A DNA stretch of 44,878 nucleotides from Pseudothermotoga sp. (GTDB lineage: Bacteria > Thermotogota > Thermotogae > Thermotogales > DSM-5069), in assembly GCA_041640575.1 (NCBI GenBank), contig JBEPZZ010000012.1, positions 1 to 44,878 on the forward strand. The letters run 5' to 3'. Each line of letters begins with the position of its first letter. Positions within the stretch are counted from its first letter, which is position 1. Both the position numbers and the translations under genes were made by a program. The notes below the pieces were generated by a model. It ran no database searches. It was not told the origin of the DNA and saw only the letters and a list, made by a program, of their open reading frames with translations. Shown here one piece after another: positions 1 to 8,796 of the stretch.

Positions 1-246
1 ACTTTTTTAAAGCCGGATTGGATGGACGAACAATCTTGGAAAGTGAATCTTGAAAAGGCTTTAGTTGAGCTTTACCAATTCACTGCAAAATTGGGCGGGA
101 CAATTACAGGCGAACACGGGGTAGGATTGAAAAGGAAAAAGTATCTCCAGATTTTCTTGTCTGAAGACGAGATCAATCTGATGAGAAAATTGAAAAAGGT
201 TTTCGACCCCAACGGAATACTAAACCCTGGAAAAATCTTTGATTGA
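1..246 (+). CDS. FAD-linked oxidase C-terminal domain (GlcD/D-lactate dehydrogenase-like), 5'-truncated by the window
   Basis: Frame 1 is open from base 1. Contains GGTITGEHGVG and the terminal K..FDPNGILNPGKIF motif typical of the FAD-oxidase_C domain. Confidence 0.9.
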   Translation, partial: TFLKPDWMDEQSWKVNLEKALVELYQFTAKLGGTITGEHGVGLKRKKYLQIFLSEDEINLMRKLKKVFDPNGILNPGKIFD

Positions 247-255
247 TGAGAAAGA

Positions 256-453
256 CTACTTATTTTTCGTTCTCAAGAAGTATGTCACCGATCTATCCCA
301 AGTTCTTTCAGCTTCGTCAGAAAAATAGCAAGCAGGAAGTTCACCATGAGATCTATGATAGGCTAAGCACTCGCAGCAAATGCCCTTTCTTGGGCAACCG
401 GGGTAAGAGCAATTGCATCTTTTCAGATTCTTCTCTTTATTAGCGCAGTTCAT
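256..453 (-). CDS. Small Cys/His-rich protein (DUF6485-like), probable metal-binding
   Basis: 65 aa with CxCxYxxCxRKGxCCxCxxYH...LPACYF pattern; GGAGG SD upstream; follows the ABC permease. Confidence 0.75.
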   Translation of the reverse strand: MNCANKEKNLKRCNCSYPGCPRKGICCECLAYHRSHGELPACYFSDEAERTWDRSVTYFLRTKNK

Positions 454-465
454 TTTCTTTCCTCC

Positions 466-1521
466 TCATTCAGCGCTCAAGAATAGTTTAGCAGACAACC
501 ACAGCATGATAAATCCAGACAATGCAAAAGTCATGTTAATAGTAACAAAATAAGCTAGACTCATTTGTTGTGCACCGGTAGTGAACCTGACGACTTCTGC
601 GGCGTATTTGACTGGTAAGATGTTTGAAACATACTGCAGTCCACGCGGAAGGAAAGATATTGGAAAGTATATTCCAGCGAAGAAAACCATTATTGTATTC
701 AGAATTGATGCAGCATTTGATGCTGCGTTAGGGTTCTTAAATAAAACTACCAAGAGTAACCCCACAGCCATCATTCCAAATGTTACAAGGACAATGACAG
801 GGATCAGAGTTACCCAGTTAAATTTCAAAGCACTTTTGAAGAGTAACCGCGAAACTAGAAGTGTGAGGATTAAAGAAACAAAACTGAAAAGTAATCTGAT
901 GAGTGCTACTTGAAGTATCAAAGAGATTTTTGTGATACCAGTTAAAAAGACTCTGCGAAGCACACCTGTTTTTCTATATCTTCCAAAAACAGTTATCATT
1001 GAAAACATGCCATTTGATAAGAATGACAATGACAAAACGCCGGTAAGCATGTAGTCAAATTCGCTCAGCTGTTCTTTTCCCCGCTGAATTTCAAAAAGAT
1101 CAAACGATAGAAACGTTCTAAGTTTATTTCTTTCTTTCTCAAGAATAGCTTTGACAGTACCTTCAATTGTTTTCAGTTCACCTGTCAGTGAAGGATCGTC
1201 TTTGTAATAGATCCTGACCTCGTTGTCTTTTATGTAAATTGCAAAGGAAAACTTTCCATCTTTTATTCCCTGTATCAACTGTTGTTCCGAGTCCAAAGAT
1301 AGTAAGTCCCAATTTTCCACTTTTTTAAGCAAATCAACTACACTTTTATCTTCTGTGAAGAGTGCAATCACTGTCTTTGGAGAGCCACTGTTTCCGTAGA
1401 AGATGTAACCAAACAAAATCAAAAAGATTAGAGGGAAAAACACTGTAAAGAAGAGTTCTACTTTGCTTCTAAAGCTTTCCTGCAGGTAGGCTTTGGCAAA
1501 ACTAAACGAAGCCCTACTCAT
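466..1521 (-). CDS. ABC-2 type exporter permease
   Basis: N-terminal TM (FFTVFFPLIFLILFG), soluble extracytoplasmic domain, further TM helices, G.YFP motif; in operon with ATPase. Confidence 0.9.
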   Translation of the reverse strand: MSRASFSFAKAYLQESFRSKVELFFTVFFPLIFLILFGYIFYGNSGSPKTVIALFTEDKSVVDLLKKVENWDLLSLDSEQQLIQGIKDGKFSFAIYIKDNEVRIYYKDDPSLTGELKTIEGTVKAILEKERNKLRTFLSFDLFEIQRGKEQLSEFDYMLTGVLSLSFLSNGMFSMITVFGRYRKTGVLRRVFLTGITKISLILQVALIRLLFSFVSLILTLLVSRLLFKSALKFNWVTLIPVIVLVTFGMMAVGLLLVVLFKNPNAASNAASILNTIMVFFAGIYFPISFLPRGLQYVSNILPVKYAAEVVRFTTGAQQMSLAYFVTINMTFALSGFIMLWLSAKLFLSAE

Positions 1522-2680
1522 AACTCATCACCTTTCTGAAGTTAATCAAAAAGATAAACAAACTAGCTGCAAACCATATTGTTGGAACTCCCCACATTTG
1601 AATAAAACTAAAATTGTAAGAGTTCTGACCGATAACTGTTCTAAGATTTTCAACAAGATAGGTTGTCGGTAATGCCAGAGCGACGAAGTTCATAACTTTT
1701 GGCATACCAAAGTTCAGCACGGGAAAGTAAAGGCCACCAAGAAACATCAAAAGTTGATAGCTTATTTGACAAAAAACGAATGCACTCGACAGTTTTTTGA
1801 AAAATGAAGCTATCATCATTCCAAGAGAAAGCGAAACTGCTAGTGAATACAACAACCTAAGGATGAAATCAAAAGACAAGATAGCTTTATCTACTTTGAT
1901 TACACTAAGGCCAAAGATATAAAGTATCGTAACGGCAAGGACCATCATCAGTGCAAAACACATGAGCATTGAAAGAAAGAATTCAAGCCCTGTAGTTGGA
2001 GTTGTGTATATTTTTTTGTTGACTCCATTTTCCCTATTATGGATCAGGTTCAACGATAGATTGAAAATTCCCACAGATAGAATGGACATAAGAATGATAC
2101 CGGGAAAGATGTAATTTTTGTAGTTGAACTTTGATACTTGCCTTTGAACTGGTATTGACTTGATCGATAATTCCTCGTAAACCTTACCTATTCTGGCAAG
2201 ACTTTGTTTACCCATTTCTAAATCGATTTGCTGAAGAACGTTTCCAAGAATTTGTACACTTAAAGAAGATTCATAAGTGTTAGAAAGCTTGTACAACTCA
2301 ATTTTTGCATTACTTTGTGTTAAGATAGCTCTGAACATCGCAGCATTAAAACCTGTTGGTACATGCAGTATGCAGTCTATTTTTCGCGCTTTCAGGGATT
2401 CATAAGCATTTTCAAGAGAATCAAATCGAGTTATGTTGAAAGGCTTTGGATTCAGTTGTTTGAGGACATCATCCAGGATCTTTCCAAATCCGGCTGGATT
2501 TTCTTTCCAAACAAGACCCAGCTTGAAATTTATGGAACTTTGATCTTCGGAATAAAGACCTGAAAATACGGATATAAGAATAAGGAGCAAAATAAGTGGG
2601 AAAATAAGAGGCCAGAAAATACCATTAAATTCGCGTATTTCATTAAAAAACATCGCTTTTGCAAATCTAAGGATTTTCAT
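1514..2680 (-). CDS. ABC-2 type exporter permease
   Basis: Same architecture (FWPLIFPLILL...YIFPGII...GGLYFP...LPTTY); overlaps the next permease by 8 bp. Confidence 0.9.
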   Translation of the reverse strand: MKILRFAKAMFFNEIREFNGIFWPLIFPLILLLILISVFSGLYSEDQSSINFKLGLVWKENPAGFGKILDDVLKQLNPKPFNITRFDSLENAYESLKARKIDCILHVPTGFNAAMFRAILTQSNAKIELYKLSNTYESSLSVQILGNVLQQIDLEMGKQSLARIGKVYEELSIKSIPVQRQVSKFNYKNYIFPGIILMSILSVGIFNLSLNLIHNRENGVNKKIYTTPTTGLEFFLSMLMCFALMMVLAVTILYIFGLSVIKVDKAILSFDFILRLLYSLAVSLSLGMMIASFFKKLSSAFVFCQISYQLLMFLGGLYFPVLNFGMPKVMNFVALALPTTYLVENLRTVIGQNSYNFSFIQMWGVPTIWFAASLFIFLINFRKVMSYE

Positions 2681-2689
2681 TTAATCACC

Positions 2690-3604
2690 TCAATCTCTGA
2701 GGAAACGTCCTGTCAATCTAAGAAAGACATCCTCCAAGTTTGGCCGTCTAATCACGATGTTGTCTATTTTTACTCCAAGTGTCCTTGATAGGTCAAAAAG
2801 TTTGTGTAAAGTTTCTTCCACATCTTTGGCTGAAAGTTGAAATTTCTCATGATTCATGAGAATTAAACCCTCCAACCTTTGTGAAAGTTTTTCTGGCTGA
2901 TCGGTCCAAAACTCAATATAGCTTTCCATATTTAGAGAATTTATCAACTGATCAACAGTCCCCTCGGCAATGATTTTTCCATGATCCATTATCAGGACAT
3001 GATCGGCTAATCTTTCAGCTTCCTCCATGTAGTGAGTAGTTAGAAAAATTGTTTTCCCACTTTTTCTAAGATCTTCAATTATCTGCCATACATGTCTTCT
3101 TGCTTGAGGGTCCAAACCGGTTGTGGGTTCATCGAGGAACACTATTTTCGGATCGTTAACAAGTGCCACTGCAAGGCTCAATCTTTGCAACTGACCACCA
3201 GAGAGTTCTTTGACTTTCGTTCTTGCTTTATCCTCGAGAGAAACAATCTCTATAAGAGACCGAATCTTCTGTTTGTTAACTTTTTGTTTGTAAAGAGCTG
3301 CAAAAAGCTCTATAGTTTCATAAACGGTAAGATACTCAAAAAAAGCTGTTTTTTGAAGTTGCACGCCAAGGAGAAGTTTTATGGACTCATCGATTTGATC
3401 TATTTTCTTACCGAAATAATATATGTCTCCTGAATCTTTCCTTCTCAATCCTTCCAGTATTTCAATGGTTGTTGTCTTTCCAGCTCCATTTGGACCCAGC
3501 ATTGCAAAAACAGTTCCTTCTTCAACTTCAAAGCTAATTCCATCGACAGCTTTCACTTGGCCATAATATCTACGAAGGTCTTTCACACTTATTATTTTCA
3601 TCAT
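2690..3604 (-). CDS. ABC exporter ATP-binding protein (DrrA/LnrL-like)
   Basis: Walker A GPNGAGKTT, signature LSGGQ, Walker B VFLDEPTTGLDP, TTHYMEEAE, C-terminal NLEDVFLRLTG. Confidence 0.95.
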   Translation of the reverse strand: MMKIISVKDLRRYYGQVKAVDGISFEVEEGTVFAMLGPNGAGKTTTIEILEGLRRKDSGDIYYFGKKIDQIDESIKLLLGVQLQKTAFFEYLTVYETIELFAALYKQKVNKQKIRSLIEIVSLEDKARTKVKELSGGQLQRLSLAVALVNDPKIVFLDEPTTGLDPQARRHVWQIIEDLRKSGKTIFLTTHYMEEAERLADHVLIMDHGKIIAEGTVDQLINSLNMESYIEFWTDQPEKLSQRLEGLILMNHEKFQLSAKDVEETLHKLFDLSRTLGVKIDNIVIRRPNLEDVFLRLTGRFLRD

Positions 3605-3653
3605 TAATCCTCCCCGCTGGGTATATAATACTTTATGTGAACGGTGAGTTTCG

Positions 3654-4115
3654 ATGCTTAAGAATGCCTTTGACGGTTTGTTACAAGGAATTTATGTTGT
3701 AACTACAGAATATGATGGAAAAATGGCTGGTTTAACGGCTGCATGGGTTATGCAGTCGAGTTTCAGACCGCCAATGCTTGCTGTTTCACTTGGCCCAACA
3801 AGAGCAACTGCTCAAATGATCGAGTTATCAAAGAAATTTTCCGTTCAGGTTCTTGATAAATCGCAAAGACACGTTGCTGAGATATTTGGCTACAATTCAA
3901 GCAGAAATTATGATAAATTTTCCGAGGTAAAATGGTTCAAAAGTGAAAAGCTGGGTCTTCCTATCATTGAAAATATCATAGCTTATTTTGAATGTGAACT
4001 TGCAGGAAGGTTGCAATCCGGTGATCATGTTATATACAATGGAATTGTTGTAAATCACAGGTTGCTCAATCCAAATGGTGAGCCGATCGCATTCTTGATG
4101 AGGGACTGGTTTTGA
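3654..4115 (+). CDS. Flavin reductase family protein (DIM6/NTAB)
   Basis: GIYVVTT...GLTAAWVMQSSFRPP...SGDHVIY motifs. Confidence 0.9.
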   Translation: MLKNAFDGLLQGIYVVTTEYDGKMAGLTAAWVMQSSFRPPMLAVSLGPTRATAQMIELSKKFSVQVLDKSQRHVAEIFGYNSSRNYDKFSEVKWFKSEKLGLPIIENIIAYFECELAGRLQSGDHVIYNGIVVNHRLLNPNGEPIAFLMRDWF

Positions 4116-4144
4116 AAATTGATCCTATAAAGGAGAATTTGCGT

Positions 4145-4396
4145 ATGTTCATTCAGGTTGTGAAAGGGGTATATGTGAACAGAGATAGAATCAGAGCCAT
4201 AATACCAATTGACGAAGTGACTGCAAAAAGGATGAAAGAGACTGCGAGTTATTCAAACAAAATGTTCAATTTAACTTATGGTTCGCAGGCAAAATGTGCT
4301 CTAATTGTTGATAGTGGCCACATTCTAATCCTTGGGGAGAAACCACAAAAAGTTAAGCAGAAACTCTTTAAAAAGAGAGATTCGGATCAGCGTTGA
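4145..4396 (+). CDS. RemA/DUF370-like small protein
   Basis: VNRDRIRAII...AKRMKE...NLTYG...ALIVDSGHILIL resembles DUF370/RemA. ATG 4145 follows AGGAG (4131-4135) and is preferred over TTG 4112. Confidence 0.7.
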   Translation: MFIQVVKGVYVNRDRIRAIIPIDEVTAKRMKETASYSNKMFNLTYGSQAKCALIVDSGHILILGEKPQKVKQKLFKKRDSDQR

Positions 4397-5360
4397 CCTC
4401 TAAGGAGCAAAGTTCGCCTCTTTCGAAAAGTTCGATTGCGGCACGTGCTATCATGGCCGCATTATCTGTGCATAAAACTTTTGGAGGGATAAAAACTTGT
4501 AGCCCCAATTCTTTAGCTCGCCTTTTGAACTCTTCTCGCAATCTTTCGTTTGCAGCAACACCACCAGTCACAACAATTTTTTTGCACTTTTTTGACTCGG
4601 TGGCTTCAACGGTTTTCTCAACAAGAACTTTCACTACAGCCTCTTGGAAAGAGGCAGCAACGTCTTCCTTACAGGCATCCGGATTCTTAGAAAGTGTGTG
4701 AAGAACGGATGTTTTCAAACCGGAAAAGCTGAAATTCAAGTTCCCTTTCTCCATAAGTGCTTTTGGAAAGAGAAATTTCTCTGGGTTGCCATTTCTGGCT
4801 AGTTTTTCTATGATCGGTCCACCGGGATAACCCAAGTTCAAAAGCCTTGCTACCTTGTCGAAAGCTTCACCTGCAGCATCATCAACAGTTCGACCGATCA
4901 ACTTAGGCCTTAAAGGATCATCTTCAAAATAAAGTAATTCAGTATGACCCCCAGAAACTATGAGTGCCACGAAAGGAATACTAAGCTCTGGAAAGGCAAT
5001 TTTTGCCGAATAGACATGACCCAAAAGGTGATTTACTCCCACAAGTGGTTTGTTTAAAGCTATTGATAAACCTTTTGCAAACGATAGACCGACAAAGAGA
5101 GCACCTATCAGCCCGGGGCCTATTGTAACAGCAAGTGCATCAATTTCACTCAAAGCAATACCGGCTTCTTGAATGCTTTGCTCGAAGATCACCGGAAGAT
5201 TTTTCAGATGATGTCTTGCTGCTACTTCCGGAACTACGCCACCAAAAGGAGCATGAATGGTAACTTGCGATAACACAACATTGGACAGAATATCGTTGTT
5301 TTTGACAACTGCTACAGATGTTTCGTCACAGGAAGTCTCGATTGCTAGAACTGTCGGCAC
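4368..5360 (-). CDS. tsaD: tRNA N6-adenosine threonylcarbamoyltransferase TsaD
   Basis: LAIETSCDET, GGVVPEVAARHH, GPGLIGAL, NHLLGH, SGGHT, DDAAGEAFDK, FSFSGLKT, CTDNAAMI. Confidence 0.97.
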   Translation of the reverse strand: MPTVLAIETSCDETSVAVVKNNDILSNVVLSQVTIHAPFGGVVPEVAARHHLKNLPVIFEQSIQEAGIALSEIDALAVTIGPGLIGALFVGLSFAKGLSIALNKPLVGVNHLLGHVYSAKIAFPELSIPFVALIVSGGHTELLYFEDDPLRPKLIGRTVDDAAGEAFDKVARLLNLGYPGGPIIEKLARNGNPEKFLFPKALMEKGNLNFSFSGLKTSVLHTLSKNPDACKEDVAASFQEAVVKVLVEKTVEATESKKCKKIVVTGGVAANERLREEFKRRAKELGLQVFIPPKVLCTDNAAMIARAAIELFERGELCSLEVNADPNLSF

Positions 5361-6575
5361 TTATGCTATCTCCCTTATTATTAAGCGGGGTGTTTCCTTC
5401 CCTTCAACAACTTCTTTTGTGATTATAACTTTTTCAACGTTTCTTGCTGAAGGTACTTCAAACATGACGTCCATCATTATTTCTTCTATCACGCTTTTTA
5501 ACGCTCTTGCACCCGTTCCTCGTGCTAAAGCTTTCTTTGCAATGGCGAACAAGGCGTCCCTAGTGATTTCAAGTTGTATATTGTCTATTTCAAGTAATTT
5601 CTTATACTGCTTAACAATGGCGTTTTTCGGTTCTTCCAAAATTCTAACCAAGTCTTCTTCTGAAAGGTCGCTTAACGGTGCTATAACAGGGAACCTGCCA
5701 ACAAATTCCGGAATCATTCCGTACTGAACCAGATCGTCTGGAGTAACATGTGCGAGGATTTCACCAAGTCTCATCTGCTTTTTGCTTTTGATTTGGGCGC
5801 CAAATCCCATTGATGAATCTAGAATCCTTCGTTTTATTATTTCTTCTAATCCATCAAATGCACCGCCCACAATAAATAGAATGTTGGTTGTGTCAACCTT
5901 TATGAACTCTTGATAAGGATGTTTTCGTCCTCCTTGTGGCGGTACGTTTGCAATTGTCCCTTCAACGATTTTCAACAACGCTTGCTGGACACCTTCCCCA
6001 GAGACATCTCGTGTAATAGAGGGATTGGGGGATTTTCTTGCTATTTTATCGATTTCGTCAATGTAAATAATCCCGTACTGCGCGCGTTCTATGTCAAAGT
6101 TTGCCGCTTCAAGTAGCCTCAGCACCACGTTCTCCACATCTTCTCCTACGTACCCGGCTTCAGTTAATGGAGTTGCATCAGCAATAGCAAATGGTACATC
6201 CAAGATCCTAGCCAAAACCCGTGCAATCAAAGTTTTTCCGCTTCCTGTTGGGCCTATCAACATGATGTTGGATTTTTCTATCTCAACGTCTTCAGTTTCA
6301 GATAAGTGAAACACTCTTTTGTAATGGTTGTAAACCGCCACAGAAACGGCTTTTTTGGCTTGCTCTTGGCCAATGACATACTTGTCAAGCTCAGCTTTTA
6401 TCTGAGCCGGTGTTGGTAGCTGACGTGGACCACCTTTCTTGATTCTCTTATCAGCTTTCAAAAGGTCATGAAAAAGTTCAACACATTCGTTACATATGTA
6501 GGCCGAAGGACCTGCTATTAATTTGTTTACAGCACTGGCAGGTCTCCCACAAAAAGAACAAAACTTCTCAGCCAA
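5361..6575 (-). CDS. clpX: ATP-dependent Clp protease ATP-binding subunit ClpX
   Basis: N-terminal C4 Zn finger (CSFC...CNEC), [25 protein letters not shown] loop, MGF loop, TGARAL. Confidence 0.98.
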   Translation of the reverse strand: MAEKFCSFCGRPASAVNKLIAGPSAYICNECVELFHDLLKADKRIKKGGPRQLPTPAQIKAELDKYVIGQEQAKKAVSVAVYNHYKRVFHLSETEDVEIEKSNIMLIGPTGSGKTLIARVLARILDVPFAIADATPLTEAGYVGEDVENVVLRLLEAANFDIERAQYGIIYIDEIDKIARKSPNPSITRDVSGEGVQQALLKIVEGTIANVPPQGGRKHPYQEFIKVDTTNILFIVGGAFDGLEEIIKRRILDSSMGFGAQIKSKKQMRLGEILAHVTPDDLVQYGMIPEFVGRFPVIAPLSDLSEEDLVRILEEPKNAIVKQYKKLLEIDNIQLEITRDALFAIAKKALARGTGARALKSVIEEIMMDVMFEVPSARNVEKVIITKEVVEGKETPRLIIREIA

Positions 6576-6658
6576 ATCTTATTCCCTCCGTACAAATTTT
6601 TTTCGCTTCTATTTTAATACACAATCTCAACTTTTGGGTTAATGAAATTTCACAATAA

Positions 6659-7837
6659 TCATTCACTCACGTTTTGATTCGTGCTCAAATTCCAAAGTTT
6701 TACTGATAAATCTTCCTGTTTGAGCCAATATCCATCAACCAAACCCTTTGAAGATAATTTGCCAATTTCTTTTTTGAACCACTGCGGTATCGTTGCATAA
6801 CCAATTATCGCTAAAGCTGTGCCAGGTAAAGGCATAAAGCTATGTGCGTGAATTTTGCAACCCATCTTGATCAATTTTTTGACAAGCTGAAGTGTTTGAA
6901 TTCTATCTTCATCTGTTTCGAATGGAAAACCAAAGATGAAATCAACGGATGGTTGAAAACCGTTTTTCAAAATCGTCTCAGCTGCTCTAAGAACTATATC
7001 AGCATCATGTCCTCTTCTAATTTCTCTCAAAATTCTATTGCTACCACTTTGGGCTCCAATTTTAATCGTTTTGTTGTTTACATATTTTTTGATTGCTTTC
7101 ATCATGTCATCAGTAACTGATTCGGGTCGTACATCAGATGGAAAAGTTCCAAAGTATATTTCTCGCACACCAATTTTTCTCAAGTTGAACAGCAGTTCTT
7201 CGACAAGATTAGGATTTGGTGTTATACCGTCTTTGGAGCCGTAGCCAAATACATTGGGCGAAATGAATCGAACAATATACTTATTCTTGGTAACACCAAG
7301 TTTGGAATAATGAACAATACTATCAACACTTCGATGTCTCGGTTTTCTGCCGGATATCAAAGGGGTAGCACAGTAAGCGCAGTTGAAAGGACATCCTCGT
7401 GTTATCTCGATAGGCATGAACAGATTCATATCTGGGCAAAAAGGAGGATAATCATCTAAGCTCAAAGAAGAACTGGTACCGTCAAACAGCTTGTGCCTCT
7501 CGCCACTCAAAAAGTTCAGCAAATTTTCTTCGCCATCACCACGAAAGACCACGTCGAATCCCATCTGGGCTGTTGCTTCCGGTACTGCCGTAGCATGCGG
7601 CCCACCTGCTATTACAAAATAACCTTTGCTTTTGAGGATTTGTACCTCCTTGTACACCCAGTCAACATCAAAAGACATGAAGGAATAAACAATCACTGAA
7701 TCAATAGAATGCTGGAGCACATCTGCTAAATTTCTCGCGAGATATATCTTGAAATCATTTTTTCTTTCATGCACAGTAGCAATCAATGGTATTATGCTGT
7801 ATCGATTTGTTTTTGTAATTCGGAATACAAGTTTCAA
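6659..7837 (-). CDS. B12-binding domain/radical SAM protein (TIGR04013-like, function unknown)
   Basis: AGGPHAT and GDGEE cobalamin-domain motifs; EITRGCPFNCAYC. Start set at TTG 7837, which overlaps the holA stop (TTGA) after a GGGGG SD. Confidence 0.85.
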   Translation of the reverse strand: MKLVFRITKTNRYSIIPLIATVHERKNDFKIYLARNLADVLQHSIDSVIVYSFMSFDVDWVYKEVQILKSKGYFVIAGGPHATAVPEATAQMGFDVVFRGDGEENLLNFLSGERHKLFDGTSSSLSLDDYPPFCPDMNLFMPIEITRGCPFNCAYCATPLISGRKPRHRSVDSIVHYSKLGVTKNKYIVRFISPNVFGYGSKDGITPNPNLVEELLFNLRKIGVREIYFGTFPSDVRPESVTDDMMKAIKKYVNNKTIKIGAQSGSNRILREIRRGHDADIVLRAAETILKNGFQPSVDFIFGFPFETDEDRIQTLQLVKKLIKMGCKIHAHSFMPLPGTALAIIGYATIPQWFKKEIGKLSSKGLVDGYWLKQEDLSVKLWNLSTNQNVSE

Positions 7838-8784
7838 GGTTGAACCCCCATAAAGGAAAAAAACCAATCCAAGAATATTTCAAAACTCAAAAGAGATCTG
7901 GTAGAACTCTTAATTTCCATATCAAGTGTTTGCAACCTAAGTAGGATTTCCTCAACCTTTTCAAACGTGTAGATTTCCATGTGATTGATAACTTTCCCAC
8001 TTTGACCTTTGAACTCGAAACCGAGGAATCTTGCAATTTTTGGTATTGGCATCGAAAGGTTATTCGAGAAGTTTTTTACATCGGGCCAACTGTACTTAGT
8101 TTTTCTCGGAACCAGAACGATCACTTTGTAAAGGTCAATGAAATGTTTCACCAAAGCAGAACAGACCAAAATTGGTTCGTATTCCCTCAAGCATCCTTCA
8201 ATTGATTCAAAAGCTAACTGAGGATTTAAACCAGAGGTGGCAAAACAAAATTCATCGATTTGCGCTTTAGAATAGTCAAAAACGATTTTTTCCACTAATT
8301 GCTCGTCAACAGATTCTGCAACGTTACGCAGCTTTTCGATTTCTCTCTCAATCAAGAGATCATTATGCCCGGTGAGTTTTAAAAACTTTCTGACGGCTTT
8401 TTCGTCAGCTCTTAGATTGTATTTTGCCAACCGTTCCTTTGTGTACTTTATCCATTCCTCATCTTGCCATTGCTTTGGGAGCTCAAAGACGACTGTTTCA
8501 ACACCTTTTATGGGTTGAAGCGTTCGAACTATGATTTTGAGGTGAATATTTTGCCCTGCCTCCTCTAGAAAAGTTTCCCTGTCAGCTTTTTTCCAGTTAT
8601 CAAAGTCTACAATGTCTATCAACGAGTTTACTAACAGAAAACTTGCCTGCTTAACCAGATTAATTGCTTTTTCTACTTGTGACGAATCAATGGCTATTCT
8701 TTGCAGTCCTTCTTCATCGCACGTTTTCTTTACATATTCGTCTTTTAATACATATGCGTCTCCGGCGACACAAATAAGAGACAT
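7834..8784 (-). CDS. holA: DNA polymerase III subunit delta
   Basis: 316 aa; N-terminal GDAYVL, EREIEKL, C-terminal LQTLDMEIKSS pattern typical of HolA. Confidence 0.8.
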   Translation of the reverse strand: MSLICVAGDAYVLKDEYVKKTCDEEGLQRIAIDSSQVEKAINLVKQASFLLVNSLIDIVDFDNWKKADRETFLEEAGQNIHLKIIVRTLQPIKGVETVVFELPKQWQDEEWIKYTKERLAKYNLRADEKAVRKFLKLTGHNDLLIEREIEKLRNVAESVDEQLVEKIVFDYSKAQIDEFCFATSGLNPQLAFESIEGCLREYEPILVCSALVKHFIDLYKVIVLVPRKTKYSWPDVKNFSNNLSMPIPKIARFLGFEFKGQSGKVINHMEIYTFEKVEEILLRLQTLDMEIKSSTRSLLSFEIFLDWFFSFMGVQP

Positions 8785-8796
8785 TTGACCACCTTT

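Noticed and set aside
4112..4144. TTG-started N-terminal extension of the RemA-like ORF
   Set aside because: ATG 4145 has a well-spaced AGGAG, and family similarity begins there.
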